Below are positions 40,701 to 50,899 of a stretch of 64,000 nucleotides of DNA, piece after piece; position 1 is the stretch's first letter; each line of letters opens with the position of its first letter. Under the pieces are notes generated by a model. The model searched no databases and was not told the DNA's origin. It saw only the letters and a list, made by a program, of their open reading frames with translations. The position numbers were made by a program, and so were the translations under genes. Source of the stretch: a virus (Duplodnaviria > Caudoviricetes); IMG/VR virus record IMGVR_UViG_3300030372_004069, positions 31,523 to 95,522 of that record; one strand, written 5' to 3'.

Positions 40701-43234
40701 AAAATGTGACAGATTTGTATCCTCAACAGGATAGAGATAATCCTAATGATAATCCACAAGCTGCTGCTTCTTTTGCTAAGAGATCTCCACTTGGTCAAGT
40801 TGCCACTAATGAACTTAAAAAGAGTATAACCAGAGAAAGTACCAATATTCTTTCTACGAGTTTAGGTATAGGTATTACTGTATCTTCAGTATCTACTCTT
40901 TCTGGAGGAATATCTACTGTTACATTCAGTGATAGGCATAATTTTAGTAGTCTTACTAGTGGAAGTGTTGGAAATGCAGGAACTAATTATAATGCTACAG
41001 GAATTTATCAAAACGTAAAACTTTATAATGATTCTGGTTTAACTACTTGGTATGGTGCAACCGCCAGAGTAGAAGTAACTGGAGGAGCTGTTGCTTCTGC
41101 GACTTTGATTGCACAGGGTTCAGGATATTTGGGTGTAACTTCAGGAACACTTACTTTATACTATGATACTGCTGCTATTGGTGGCGGTGATGGTAATGCA
41201 ACCTTTGTAGCTACAGGAACTCAAGATTATACTTCTACTATTGGTAATGTACTTCAATTTACTGGTGTTGGTGTTGCAACTGATAGTTATACTAGAATAA
41301 CCACTACTCCTAGTGATACTCAAGTTGCTATTGCTAGAACTATTGGAGATCCTGATATTGTTGCAACTCAATATGCATTATCAGTAGCACCTTCTATCAC
41401 AGTCTCATCAGATACATATGATGCAACTTCAGGAATATCTACCTTTAATTGTTCTGCTGCTCATGGATTACTTGCTGGTAATAGTTTTAGAGTAATTGAT
41501 AGTAGTGATAATAATTTGGGTGATTATATAGTTCAATCAAAAATAGATGTAGATTCATTCTCTGCAGTTACTAATGTTAATTTAGCAGCTTCTAAAATCT
41601 ATAAACATGGATTCTCTGCGAATGAGAAAGTATCTGATAAGACCAATGAAAATCTAGCAATTAGAAGTACTCCTGTATTTGAGGAACAATATGCTTACTT
41701 AACTTCTATTGTAAGTGATAATGTAATACAAGTTTCTTTACCAGGTTCAGAAACAGGTATTATTGAAAGGTTCCCATATGGATCTTATATTCAAATAGAT
41801 GATGAAATAATGAGGATTGCTTCTCCAACTTTGACTGGAGGAGGTAGTGATAATGTTACCGTTATCCGAGGAGCATTAGGAACTCCTGTACAAACACATG
41901 ATGCCAATTCTTTAATCAAAAAGATTAAACCACTTCCAGTTGAATTTAGAAGACCATCTATCCTTAGAGCATCAGGTCATACATTTGAGTATCTTGGTTA
42001 CGGGCCAGGAAACTACTCAACCGCACTTCCACAGGTTCAGGACAGAACTCTTACAGAAAGAGAAGAGTTCTTATCTCAGTCACAAGAGAAAGGTGGTGGT
42101 ATAGTTGTTTATACTGGTATGAATAGTAAAGGTGATTTCTATATTGGAAACCTTAAAAAATCATCTGCAACTGGTGAGGAAACTACTTATGACACACCAA
42201 TCCCAACTGTAACAGGTCAAATACCTTCAGTATTGAGTGGATTATTTGATGAAGTAACAATTAAGAAAAGGTTAGTTGTTGAAGGTGGTGAGGATAATAA
42301 TTTCCTCTCACAATTTGATGGCCCTGTAACCTTTAATAATACTGTTAAATTTAACAGTCCTGGATCTCAATCAAGTCCATTAAAGATTACCGACGCAACT
42401 AATGCTATCAATACGACTAGTGGTGCATTAGAAGTTGCTGGTGGTGTTGGTATTGGGTTGAGTATGCATATTGGTGGAGAGATAAATGGAACAAATGCTA
42501 GATTTAGTGGTATTGTTACTGCTGCAAATGTATCAGTAGCAAGTTCTGTAACTGCTGGCACATTCTATGGTGATGTAAGTAATGCAACAGGTTTCTCCTA
42601 TCCTGGTGGGGCTATTAGTACTACCTTTAATGATAATATATCATTATATTTTGGTACTACCGATAATGATTTACAAATTGTACATGATGGTGGAAATTCT
42701 GTCATAAGAGAAACTGGAACTGGAGGACTTTATTTACAAAGTGACCATAATGTTTATATTACTAAGGAGGATGGTAGTACAGTAAGTGCTGATTTTAATA
42801 CTGTTGGTAGTGCAGTTCTCTATCATAATGGAACAAGAAAATTCTCTACTGAAGATTATGGTGTTCAAATTGGAGATGGTGTTAGTGATAGTAGTGGAGA
42901 ACTTAAAGTTGCAGGTGACATAACTGCGTTCTTTAGTCCATCTGATGAGAACCAAAAGGATAACATTGTTCCTATTCCTAATTCTTTGGATAAAGTAATA
43001 TCCATTAGTGGTAATACATTTACTTGGAAAGAAGGACATCCTACTCAATCAGGGGATGACACTGGTGTAGTAGCACAACAAGTTGAAGCACTAGGACTTC
43101 CAGGTGTGGTTAGAACTAAGGATGATGGATTTAAATCTGTTCAGTATCATAAGTTGGTGCCACTTTTAATTGAGGCAGTTAAAGAATTATCTGCGAAGGT
43201 TGATAACCTTGAACAAAAATTATCAGATAAATAA
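37745..43234 (+). CDS. large virion structural / tail protein with S74 chaperone
   Basis: MPLNKLDNFIKNTEGRILYV N-terminus, GHTFEYLGYGPGNYS, C-terminal SDENQKDNI...LVPLLIEAVKEL. Confidence 0.85.
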   Translation: MPLNKLDNFIKNTEGRILYVSPSDLDSTDTIDNQGNSLARPFKTLQRALIESARFSYVKGNSNDIIEKTTILLMPGEHTVDNRPGLAIYADGNEAKVRTKNDKGAGTLAKNTLNLDLNSNFDITQGDNILYKFNSVDGGVVVPRGTSIVGLDLRKTKIRPKYVPNPTDDTVPTSSIFKVTGSCYFWQFSIFDGNDLDLVYTDNNVFTSGKQAFPTFSHNKLTVFEYCDGVNNVDGYDSNDLDMYYYKVGNAYNEGSTRPIENTQKYPLNLLAFEPQRPEWEIVGAFGKDPLRLSKIQAGTDAGATSVVTVTTTTPHNLQVGTPIKIRGVSSPTGYNISALVTYVSDTDDKVFTYTCPQAAREPANFGPGNVSSATVTIETDTVEGSSPYIFNCSMRSVWGMNGMKADGNNAAGFKSMVVAQFTGISLQKDDRAFVKYDAGTRTYQSNSYSAVDGSELSGGSSVTTVGKVYHLDSGAIYRPGWETSHIKITNDAILQIVSVFAIGYTKHFEAQSGGDASITNSNSNFGQLALISDGFKKEAFLRDDRAFITSIVSPRSIESVEEEVDWLSIDTSEVDTSKLYLASYNSEDIKPPFNAQGYKVGAALGDKLYVDISNTPYSAEILMPDGSSSEISYSVVTPPISTTNTFAIGSHNLTTGEKVIIVSSDGDLPENLSEDTVYYVITETTKNTLSANEVELASSESNAANGSEITVSGGTNLRIVSRVTDKSPGESGHPIQWDSVKSNWYLTVNSTGNTITGQLSALATAGVTQTDSSYVKRKDDTRSLDEKIYQLRVVIPKESSDAKNPENGFIIQESSSTGVTTDTDFTRTSLLTDSDYAFDRNPGFISTSFYDSTVGIASIRTDLPHTLDVGDTVIIKNVQDSANTVGAANSGYNGTFTISSVPNNMEFKYNTNSQTPGSSMTGITTIRSTELPRYQRNNLQKNLYIYRNEVVSEYIRGQQDGIYHIYTLSADNAIPETFTSLKYSQNVTDLYPQQDRDNPNDNPQAAASFAKRSPLGQVATNELKKSITRESTNILSTSLGIGITVSSVSTLSGGISTVTFSDRHNFSSLTSGSVGNAGTNYNATGIYQNVKLYNDSGLTTWYGATARVEVTGGAVASATLIAQGSGYLGVTSGTLTLYYDTAAIGGGDGNATFVATGTQDYTSTIGNVLQFTGVGVATDSYTRITTTPSDTQVAIARTIGDPDIVATQYALSVAPSITVSSDTYDATSGISTFNCSAAHGLLAGNSFRVIDSSDNNLGDYIVQSKIDVDSFSAVTNVNLAASKIYKHGFSANEKVSDKTNENLAIRSTPVFEEQYAYLTSIVSDNVIQVSLPGSETGIIERFPYGSYIQIDDEIMRIASPTLTGGGSDNVTVIRGALGTPVQTHDANSLIKKIKPLPVEFRRPSILRASGHTFEYLGYGPGNYSTALPQVQDRTLTEREEFLSQSQEKGGGIVVYTGMNSKGDFYIGNLKKSSATGEETTYDTPIPTVTGQIPSVLSGLFDEVTIKKRLVVEGGEDNNFLSQFDGPVTFNNTVKFNSPGSQSSPLKITDATNAINTTSGALEVAGGVGIGLSMHIGGEINGTNARFSGIVTAANVSVASSVTAGTFYGDVSNATGFSYPGGAISTTFNDNISLYFGTTDNDLQIVHDGGNSVIRETGTGGLYLQSDHNVYITKEDGSTVSADFNTVGSAVLYHNGTRKFSTEDYGVQIGDGVSDSSGELKVAGDITAFFSPSDENQKDNIVPIPNSLDKVISISGNTFTWKEGHPTQSGDDTGVVAQQVEALGLPGVVRTKDDGFKSVQYHKLVPLLIEAVKELSAKVDNLEQKLSDK

Positions 43235-43252
43235 CTAAAAATGTAGCTATCA

Positions 43253-45082
43253 ATGGCAAATTATAATAAATCCTATAATTTTCAAAATGGGATACAAGTT
43301 GATACAGATAAATTTGTTGTAAATGCAGCTGGATTGGTTGGTTTGGGAACTACCATTCCAAGAGATAATCTAGAGGTATATGGATCTTCTACTTTTAGAG
43401 ATGGTGTAACGGTAACGGGATTAGTTACTTCAACTAATTTTTATGCCACTGGCATCTCTACAATTTTAGGAAGTGTTGGAATAGGAACCACAGATATAAC
43501 TCAAGCAGCAGACTCAAATAATAACACAGTTCTTAATGCTGGTATTGTTACCGCTAATTTTTATTATGGTAGTGGATTATATTTAAATGATGTTGTTGGA
43601 TATACGACGGAGGGATGGGTTGTTAATCAAGCCGTAGATTCTGGTATTGTAAGAAGTGGTATCGCAACAGACTTAAAGATAGGTATAGCAACTAATAAAA
43701 CTTATGAAAAATATGATTTAATAATTGGTTCCGATCCCTCAAGTGGTGGAGAAGGTATCTCCTTTGACGGTGGAACAGGAAATATTGAGTCAACTGGAAT
43801 TATAACAGCTATTTCATTCGCAGGTTTTGGTACTAATATTACTGGCATACCTAATTCTTCTTTAGATAATTCATCTGTTTCATTTGGTGGTGTAAGTATA
43901 TCATTGGGTGGTGTAGATGCCACACCAGCATTTGATTTAACTGATGCTACAAATTATCCTTATACTTCATTAACTGGTATTAGTACAGAGATTTTAGGAG
44001 ATAGCTCCCCTCAACTTGGTGGAAACTTAGATCTTAATAGTAATAATATAACGGGTATAGGTTCCATTAGTATTTCTGGTATAGTTACGGCTGCTGACTT
44101 TGTTGGTGGTGGAATTAATACAACAGGATTATCTACATTTACTGATCTTCATGTAACTGGTATTTCTACGGTTGAAGGAGTAACTACTGTTAATGATGAG
44201 ATTAAGTTTGCACGTTTAGATGGAGGAGCTGCTGGTTTATCTACTTATTGGAGTACAATAAGATATGGAAATGAAAATATATCGTTCCCTTACAGTACAA
44301 GAAGATCTGTTGATATATTAAATTATGATACTGGTAATGTTAATTTTTACTTAGATGCTGCTAATCGTGGTGGTACTTTAGGCAATTTCTTCTGGCATAA
44401 GGGATCTAATAATACTAGATTAATGACTCTTACCAATGATGGTAATTTAGGTATTGGTATTACTCAACCTGAATATCCATTACATGTTTCTGGTATATCC
44501 ACATTTGCTGGTGCTGTTTTCACTTCTGGTAATCTTACTGTTGGAAATAATTTAATTATTGAAAATACTCTCACTGTTGATGAAATAAACACAGATGTAA
44601 ATGGTGATCTAACAGGTAATGTTAATTCTACTGCAGGTCTTTCAACTTTCTATAATATGGAAGTTACTACTGCAGTAGGAATCGGAACTACAGTAGGAGA
44701 TACAAAATTCTCTGTAAATGCTGATGAAAGATTTAGAACCTATATTACTAGTGCTGGTAAAGTGGGTATTCGTACTACTCATGATTATAATTCTAATTTT
44801 GGATTGATGGTTCCTACAACCAATGCACTTTTTAGAGGAGTAGGTATTGGATCAACAAGTCCGAGATCGGCAGCTGATTTTAGTAGGGCTGGTGCAACAC
44901 CTGGTAATGCTACTGATAATGAAGATCAAAGGTTTATGTTACCTCCACAAGTAACTGCTACTCAGAGAGCAGGACTTACGACTGCGGTTGGAGCACTAAT
45001 ATATAATCTTGACACAAATAAAGTTAACGTATATACTGGGGTTGGTGGTACTTCTGGTTGGGAGGTAGTAACAAGTTCTTAA
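43253..45082 (+). CDS. tail fibre-like protein
   Basis: VGIGT repeats, SPQLGGNLDLN, C-terminal PPQVT..QR..GALIYN. Confidence 0.75.
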   Translation: MANYNKSYNFQNGIQVDTDKFVVNAAGLVGLGTTIPRDNLEVYGSSTFRDGVTVTGLVTSTNFYATGISTILGSVGIGTTDITQAADSNNNTVLNAGIVTANFYYGSGLYLNDVVGYTTEGWVVNQAVDSGIVRSGIATDLKIGIATNKTYEKYDLIIGSDPSSGGEGISFDGGTGNIESTGIITAISFAGFGTNITGIPNSSLDNSSVSFGGVSISLGGVDATPAFDLTDATNYPYTSLTGISTEILGDSSPQLGGNLDLNSNNITGIGSISISGIVTAADFVGGGINTTGLSTFTDLHVTGISTVEGVTTVNDEIKFARLDGGAAGLSTYWSTIRYGNENISFPYSTRRSVDILNYDTGNVNFYLDAANRGGTLGNFFWHKGSNNTRLMTLTNDGNLGIGITQPEYPLHVSGISTFAGAVFTSGNLTVGNNLIIENTLTVDEINTDVNGDLTGNVNSTAGLSTFYNMEVTTAVGIGTTVGDTKFSVNADERFRTYITSAGKVGIRTTHDYNSNFGLMVPTTNALFRGVGIGSTSPRSAADFSRAGATPGNATDNEDQRFMLPPQVTATQRAGLTTAVGALIYNLDTNKVNVYTGVGGTSGWEVVTSS

Positions 45083-45088
45083 TATATT

Positions 45089-45778
45089 ATGCATCAAACT
45101 TATAATATTTTCCCCACGACAATTTATCTTGGGGAACTACTTGAACATCAACATCATAAAGAAGAGTTTTATAAACTCTATCCTAAATTTGATTACGAAG
45201 AAAATGATAAGCACAATACTGTTAGTGAAAAGGTTGGTAATCCATTAATTCATTTAGAGGATACTTTAGATCCTCTTTTTTCAGAAATTATAGGACATGC
45301 TAAAAAATATGTCTGCGAGATTTTAAAATATAAAGATATTTTTAATTATGTAATAACAAAGACTTGGTTATCTCGTATGAGAGATACTAAATGTATTCCT
45401 TGGCATATACATTCCACGAGTCATATATCTTTTTGTTATTATGTAAATATGCCACCCCATTCACATGCCGTAGAATTTGACAATCCTCATTATAAGAATA
45501 GTTTATTTTTAGGATCTACCTCTGATATTAAATATGAAGAGCAAAGAATGTTAAATGAAATAAATGCGGAAAATGCTTCTACATATTATATTGTTCCACC
45601 CGAAGGTCATGTAGCTCTTTTTCCTAGTAGTTTAACTCATCGTACCAAATGTATGAATGATAATTTTAATGAAGAAAGATTAGCTATTGTAGGTGATATT
45701 ACATTGATGCTAAAGGAAGAACATCTTCATTATTCTATGGGATATATTGATGAAAAGTATTGGAAGAAGTATAAATAA
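45089..45778 (+). CDS. putative 2OG-Fe(II) oxygenase (TIGR02466-like)
   Basis: IFPT, WHIH..SHISFCYY, LFPSSLTH, ERLAI. Confidence 0.8.
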   Translation: MHQTYNIFPTTIYLGELLEHQHHKEEFYKLYPKFDYEENDKHNTVSEKVGNPLIHLEDTLDPLFSEIIGHAKKYVCEILKYKDIFNYVITKTWLSRMRDTKCIPWHIHSTSHISFCYYVNMPPHSHAVEFDNPHYKNSLFLGSTSDIKYEEQRMLNEINAENASTYYIVPPEGHVALFPSSLTHRTKCMNDNFNEERLAIVGDITLMLKEEHLHYSMGYIDEKYWKKYK

Positions 45779-45796
45779 TTTAAAAAATAATATCAA

Positions 45797-46864
45797 ATGA
45801 CGATTAAAGCATCTGGAAGTTCATTATCTTTTACTGAAATTGCAACCGAGTTTGGATATTCTACTGATAACAAACTAGGTAATTATAGGGTTACTTATGA
45901 TAATACCCCTCAAGGAGGTTCTTTTTCTAATTTACCATTAGATGCTGGCATCCCTCAGTCAGGGGCAATTAGTTTCAGTGAGTTTTATAGTAAGCAATTA
46001 AATATAGTGGTACAAGGTTATACACCAGGTCATGGTGTTATTTCATGGGCAAATAAAAGTGCAACAGGTGTTTATGATGATGGTGAGGTAGAGATGATTG
46101 GTGGATATAAGGGAAAACCTGCCAGAAATGTAACAGGGTGGCAAGGTGGAAAAACTGTTAAAATTAATGTAAATAGAGTGATTGGATCTGCGATGCCAGG
46201 ATCCAATGAACATTATAAATGTGCTCTTAAGACGGGATCATGGCCTTCTGAAACTACACTTTCAGTAGATGTAGGGGGAGAAGGTGTTATTACTGGCCAA
46301 GGTGGCGGTGGTGGCAATGGTGGAACTCCAGGAGCTACTGGAGGCACTGGTGAAAATGGAAGTAGTGCTTTAGGTATTCAATACAGTCCCATTAATGTTA
46401 ATGTTGCAGCTGGAGGAAGAATTCAGAATGGTTATGGAGGAGGAGGCGGCGGCGGTGGTGCTGTCCGAGATCCTAACAAAGAAGGTGAGGATAGGTACTA
46501 CGGCGGTGGCGGTGGCGGCGGTGGAGCCGGATACCCATATGGTGGTGGAGGTTCTGGTGCTGGTGGTAGTAATGGAAGTGGAACTCCCGGTCAAGGATCA
46601 TCAGTTGAAGTTGCTGGTGGTGGTGGGCCAGGAGGATATGGTGGACTAGGAGGCCGAGGAGGAGATGTAAATGCTGCTCAAACTTCTGGAGCAGTAGGTC
46701 CTGGATCTGGCCCAGTAGGTGAGACAGGGCCAGGTGGTCCTCATGGGGGTAATGGAGATGCCATAAGAGCAACAATGGCACAAGCAGGAAATGTTAACAT
46801 ATCCGCTACTGGAGAAATTAGAGGTGATCAGCACTATAGTGTAGCACCTGGTACAATTACTTAA
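45797..46864 (+). CDS. glycine-rich fibre-tip / adhesin-like protein
   Basis: SLSFTEIATEFG..IPQSGAISFSEFY N-terminus, poly-Gly loops. Confidence 0.65.
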   Translation: MTIKASGSSLSFTEIATEFGYSTDNKLGNYRVTYDNTPQGGSFSNLPLDAGIPQSGAISFSEFYSKQLNIVVQGYTPGHGVISWANKSATGVYDDGEVEMIGGYKGKPARNVTGWQGGKTVKINVNRVIGSAMPGSNEHYKCALKTGSWPSETTLSVDVGGEGVITGQGGGGGNGGTPGATGGTGENGSSALGIQYSPINVNVAAGGRIQNGYGGGGGGGGAVRDPNKEGEDRYYGGGGGGGGAGYPYGGGGSGAGGSNGSGTPGQGSSVEVAGGGGPGGYGGLGGRGGDVNAAQTSGAVGPGSGPVGETGPGGPHGGNGDAIRATMAQAGNVNISATGEIRGDQHYSVAPGTIT

Positions 46865-46883
46865 ATAATTATTTTATATTATT

Positions 46884-47225
46884 ATGAAATCTATTTTTAA
46901 AATTGATGAGTATCTTCCAGATACCAATCAAATAATAGTGAGGTTTTCAAGATTACATGCACCTCAGCCTATTGAATCTTACGCTCCAATGGCTATTGAT
47001 TGTAAACAGTTAGATCTTTATGATTGTGATTCTTTTGTGTTTAGTTTGATGAGAGAGTATGGGGATGGTTATGTAAAAGAATATGAGAAAAATGAACCTA
47101 TAAAAAATGAAACAGAAACTATAAGTGGTAAGTTAAACCTACGAGATTTGGTTGGTAAAGTTATTGAGTGTGATGCTGACAATTATAAACGAGAACTTAT
47201 TAAAATGAATAGAGTAGAATTATGA
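46884..47225 (+). CDS. hypothetical protein
   Basis: ORF in operon. Confidence 0.6.
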   Translation: MKSIFKIDEYLPDTNQIIVRFSRLHAPQPIESYAPMAIDCKQLDLYDCDSFVFSLMREYGDGYVKEYEKNEPIKNETETISGKLNLRDLVGKVIECDADNYKRELIKMNRVEL

Positions 47226-47704
47226 CTACTCCAAAATATAAAGAATATTTTAAAAAATGTGAAGAGTTTTGTGTTTGTGCTATAAAATGTGATAAAGATT
47301 GGGTTGGTATAGAACCAAAGAATTTAAATTACGGATTATATCATTATTGTGTTTATGGTAGTGCGAGGATTGGAATACCATTTCAAAAGGATTATGAAGA
47401 AATTAATCCTAAAGATTTTTTTGATATGAAAAAATATTTGAATGACCATATAATGATGGAGATATGTGAAGATTTTTATTGGATAGGATTTAATACATTA
47501 GATAAGAATCAAAATTGGAATGGTAAATTAGTTACGGATGATATTCTTGTAGTTGAAAAAGAATCTTGGATTATTTGTTTTGATGGCCATCCTATAGTTA
47601 ATAATAAAGACCTATCCAGATTTGATTATGCTCCATTATATCCTGATAAGAAGTATAATATTATTTTAAATAAAGGAGTTCTTGGAGTTTTTACTAAGTG
47701 TTGA
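47222..47704 (+). CDS. hypothetical protein
   Basis: ORF with ATGA overlap. Confidence 0.6.
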   Translation: MTTPKYKEYFKKCEEFCVCAIKCDKDWVGIEPKNLNYGLYHYCVYGSARIGIPFQKDYEEINPKDFFDMKKYLNDHIMMEICEDFYWIGFNTLDKNQNWNGKLVTDDILVVEKESWIICFDGHPIVNNKDLSRFDYAPLYPDKKYNIILNKGVLGVFTKC

Positions 47705-49214
47705 TATATTCTAAACGATCTTTAACTGTCATATTATTCTGATAGTGATATCTATAATTTTCTACTAATTGTTTAGTATAAAATTCATAATTGTCTATTT
47801 GACATTCTTCTATTTTGGGAAGTTTACCTAGATATGGTTTATTATATCCCACTAACATACTTGTCCAATTATATTTGTTGAGTAAAGTTTCAGCATGGTT
47901 TATCCACTCTTGTTTTAACTTTTTTTCAATCATGCTTGACATTGACTCTAATACATCTGTGGTATCATATGCTCTCCAATATTCTGTATCCTGTCTATCT
48001 GATAGTGTGTAATGATATAACACAAATTCCATAGTTTCATTTAAGAATTTCTTCATTACTTTACTGACAATATTACTCTCCTTATTTCCCCACTTTTTAT
48101 TTTTATTAATTAATTTTGAAATATTTTTTACTGTAACACAAGTAACCATAATTGATGTAGCTTCTAGCGGTTCAATAAAACTTTGACCAAGACCATTACT
48201 CACAACATTCTTAACTGCTATATTATCTAAACTACCACTAATAAACTTACGAGATTTTATTGGATTCCATTCTAATCCCTGTTTTTTCCAATGTTCTCTA
48301 AGATGATCTTCAGCTTGTTCTGTTGAAATAAAATCATCACAGAAAACATATCCAGAACCTATTTGACCCCATGTTGGTGTCTCCCATATCCATCCATGAG
48401 GTTGGGCAATACTTAATGTACTAGGTCTATAACTTTGAGTATAAACTGGGCCCCAAATAGCAGTATTGTTTATTAAACCTTTATATGGTTTAAATTTTGC
48501 CATATTACCTATTAAAACTCTCTTAAATCCCGTACAATCAATAAACAAATCTGCACTTAGTTTAGTTCCATCTTTTAATATAATATTCTTGACACCATTT
48601 TCATCATATTCTACATTATTAACATGACCTTTAATTTCAGTAAAACGATTCTTAGAAGTATGTTTACGGAGACTATTACCAAACTCTTGAGCATTTATAT
48701 GATAACTATATCCTGGAAATTTACTGAAATTGGATTCATTTTGTTTAGTGAACGGACTTAAATGGCGTGATAAAAGATATTCACAACCCCCTTGACTATT
48801 ATTAAACCAATCTGTATCATAATTAGATATTCCCCTTCTTTTTTGAGTTAGAAAATATTCTACTGAACTAATTTCTTTTTTAAATATATTCTTACCAAAT
48901 TCAGTTATTGGAGTATGGAATGATTGGTCTGGTAATAGATCATCAAAAGTGTGCATCCATCTACTACCTCTATTATTAAAATCTAAAAATTCAATACCAT
49001 ACTTGAAGGATGCTTTGGCATCTTTCATCCATTGAACTTCATCAATACCACAGGTTTCGGCTACATGTTTGATGGTAGGAGTGGTACTTTCTCCCACCCC
49101 TAAACTATCCACTTCTTCACTATGGATGATAGTTAATTCAGCATCGGTAGTTGCTACGAGATATGCTAGACTTACCCAACCTGCTGTTCCACCCCCAACG
49201 ATAATAATTTTCAT
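47694..49214 (-). CDS. tryptophan halogenase-family flavoprotein (PrnA-like)
   Basis: GGGTAGW, VGEST, SFKYGI (catalytic Lys position), FIDCTGF, GWIWETP, FIEPLEAT. Confidence 0.9.
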   Translation of the reverse strand: MKIIIVGGGTAGWVSLAYLVATTDAELTIIHSEEVDSLGVGESTTPTIKHVAETCGIDEVQWMKDAKASFKYGIEFLDFNNRGSRWMHTFDDLLPDQSFHTPITEFGKNIFKKEISSVEYFLTQKRRGISNYDTDWFNNSQGGCEYLLSRHLSPFTKQNESNFSKFPGYSYHINAQEFGNSLRKHTSKNRFTEIKGHVNNVEYDENGVKNIILKDGTKLSADLFIDCTGFKRVLIGNMAKFKPYKGLINNTAIWGPVYTQSYRPSTLSIAQPHGWIWETPTWGQIGSGYVFCDDFISTEQAEDHLREHWKKQGLEWNPIKSRKFISGSLDNIAVKNVVSNGLGQSFIEPLEATSIMVTCVTVKNISKLINKNKKWGNKESNIVSKVMKKFLNETMEFVLYHYTLSDRQDTEYWRAYDTTDVLESMSSMIEKKLKQEWINHAETLLNKYNWTSMLVGYNKPYLGKLPKIEECQIDNYEFYTKQLVENYRYHYQNNMTVKDRLEYINT

Positions 49215-49477
49215 TTATATCTTTCTTTTTTTGGTAATTCTCTAAGGTAATCCATTTTTCTTATATGTTCAATCTTCATAATAGTATGATATAATCTTAT
49301 TACCTCTTTAGGTGCATCAGCTTTCCACATGAAAGGGAGTATCCCATGAACAATACTTTTAAATGCTATTTTGATAAGTATAGATGAGTTCTTAATAGAG
49401 TGCCATAAATGATATTGGTAACTCCATCCAGTTTCTACCTTCAAGTGATAGATTGATTCTTTTATTATATTTCTCAT
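49211..49477 (-). CDS. DUF6356-like small protein
   Basis: HL...GWSYQYHL...IVHGILPF. Confidence 0.55.
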   Translation of the reverse strand: MRNIIKESIYHLKVETGWSYQYHLWHSIKNSSILIKIAFKSIVHGILPFMWKADAPKEVIRLYHTIMKIEHIRKMDYLRELPKKERYK

Positions 49478-49506
49478 AGTTCTAATTATACCATAACTAT
49501 CTATTA

Positions 49507-50223
49507 ATGCAAAACTTAATCTTATGTCCAGGTTTACCACGTTCAGGATCTACTTCTCTTTGGAGATTGTTATCTTCTAATGATAGTATTGTAAAAGAAC
49601 CTCATTATCTTTTTGGTTTATATAATTTTGATTCTACTTATCCTTCATTATATCCTGATGAAGTAGTAGAAGAACATAAACAATCTATTTTAGAAAGAAA
49701 CGAGAGGATATTTAATTTAGAGTTACCTTATTCATTTAATGATTATACTCATTATATTAGTAAAGGTTTATTAGATTTTAGTCAATCGTATTGGTTATTA
49801 TCAGAGGATTATCTAAAAGAAATAAAACAATCGTTACCTCATTTTAATATAAAGATTATTCTATTGTATCGGGAACCAGTTCAGAGATTATATTCTTATT
49901 GTAATATGATATGTAATGGGTGGAGTTGTAATGACTCACCTAGAGAATTATTTAATAAGTATATTCCATATTGTAATACTCTTTACTCAGATGTTAATGA
50001 TAAGTTTAGAAGAGTATTTAATGATGTGATTTGTTTATCTACAGAGAAGTTCTTTGGTAGTCAGAAAGAATGTAATAGACTTACAGATTTCATAGAAATG
50101 AAAAACATAGAGATGGTTAATATACATGAAAATAGCATAGACTATGAGCCGTTAAGCAATGAGGACATAAAAAGAGTTCAAGAACTATTAAGGCCATCAT
50201 GTGAGTTTCATGCCAAGTTATGA
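49507..50223 (+). CDS. sulfotransferase-family protein
   Basis: GLPRSGSTSL (5'PSB), KEPHY, LYREPVQRLYS (3'PB). Confidence 0.8.
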   Translation: MQNLILCPGLPRSGSTSLWRLLSSNDSIVKEPHYLFGLYNFDSTYPSLYPDEVVEEHKQSILERNERIFNLELPYSFNDYTHYISKGLLDFSQSYWLLSEDYLKEIKQSLPHFNIKIILLYREPVQRLYSYCNMICNGWSCNDSPRELFNKYIPYCNTLYSDVNDKFRRVFNDVICLSTEKFFGSQKECNRLTDFIEMKNIEMVNIHENSIDYEPLSNEDIKRVQELLRPSCEFHAKL

Positions 50224-50278
50224 AAACTTATACATACCTTTGTATGGTTTGTACGAGGAGCTCTATAATTTTTAAAGG

Positions 50279-50334
50279 GACAATACATGAACTGTCACCA
50301 GACTCTTGTAAAGAGTCTTTTTTAATGATATGAT
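50279..50334 (+). promoter_or_regulatory. early promoter cassette copy 1 (dyad + hairpin + -10)
   Basis: GACA-N10-TGTC, AGACTCTT/AAGAGTCT hairpin with T tract, TATGAT. Confidence 0.65.
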
Positions 50335-50359
50335 GTATTTGTACATTTGAATAAGCATC

Positions 50360-50899
50360 ATGTTAAATGAATTGTTTACAGATGGTTCTCTAAGATCCTA
50401 TATTGAAGAGAATCTTGAAGATCCTTGGAATGGAACACCTTTTGAGGGTTATGTTTATATGTCACCCAAACAGAAGGGTGAATTTGGTGAAAGATTTACT
50501 ACAAAGTATCTTGAAGTTTTAGGATATGACGTTAAAAGAGCAAAAACATCCACAGCAGGGCATGACCGAGTTGTTGATAACTCACTAACAGAGATTAAGT
50601 TCTCATTAGCATGTAGAAATAAGAAGAAAGATGGTGTAATTGTTGATAAGTTTATCATCAATCACGTTTCTTCTGGTAAAGATTGGGAGAGATTAGTATT
50701 TGTTGGAGTTAATCCAGATGAATCTGATTTAAGAGTAGTATGGTTCAGTAAAGAGGATTTTAATACTCATCTCACATCTACTAATCCTTTGTTTAAAGTA
50801 CAACAGGGAGGAAAGAAAGTTGGTAATGATGATTACATTTGCACAAATGTTCAATCTCTGTTAGAATGTGATTGGGTTAAAAATATTAATTTATGGTAG
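50360..50899 (+). CDS. putative type II restriction endonuclease (PD-(D/E)XK)
   Basis: KGEFGE...GHD...EIKFS; overlaps the downstream methyltransferase start. Confidence 0.6.
   Translation: MLNELFTDGSLRSYIEENLEDPWNGTPFEGYVYMSPKQKGEFGERFTTKYLEVLGYDVKRAKTSTAGHDRVVDNSLTEIKFSLACRNKKKDGVIVDKFIINHVSSGKDWERLVFVGVNPDESDLRVVWFSKEDFNTHLTSTNPLFKVQQGGKKVGNDDYICTNVQSLLECDWVKNINLW

Noticed and set aside
46430-46530. GC-rich GGC/GGT run as foreign DNA or a G-quadruplex element
   Set aside because: Explained by poly-glycine coding
50229-50270. CATAC-CTTT-GTATG hairpin and GTA-N7-TAC as an NtcA site
   Set aside because: Spacer is 7 rather than 8 and the hairpin is too short to support a call
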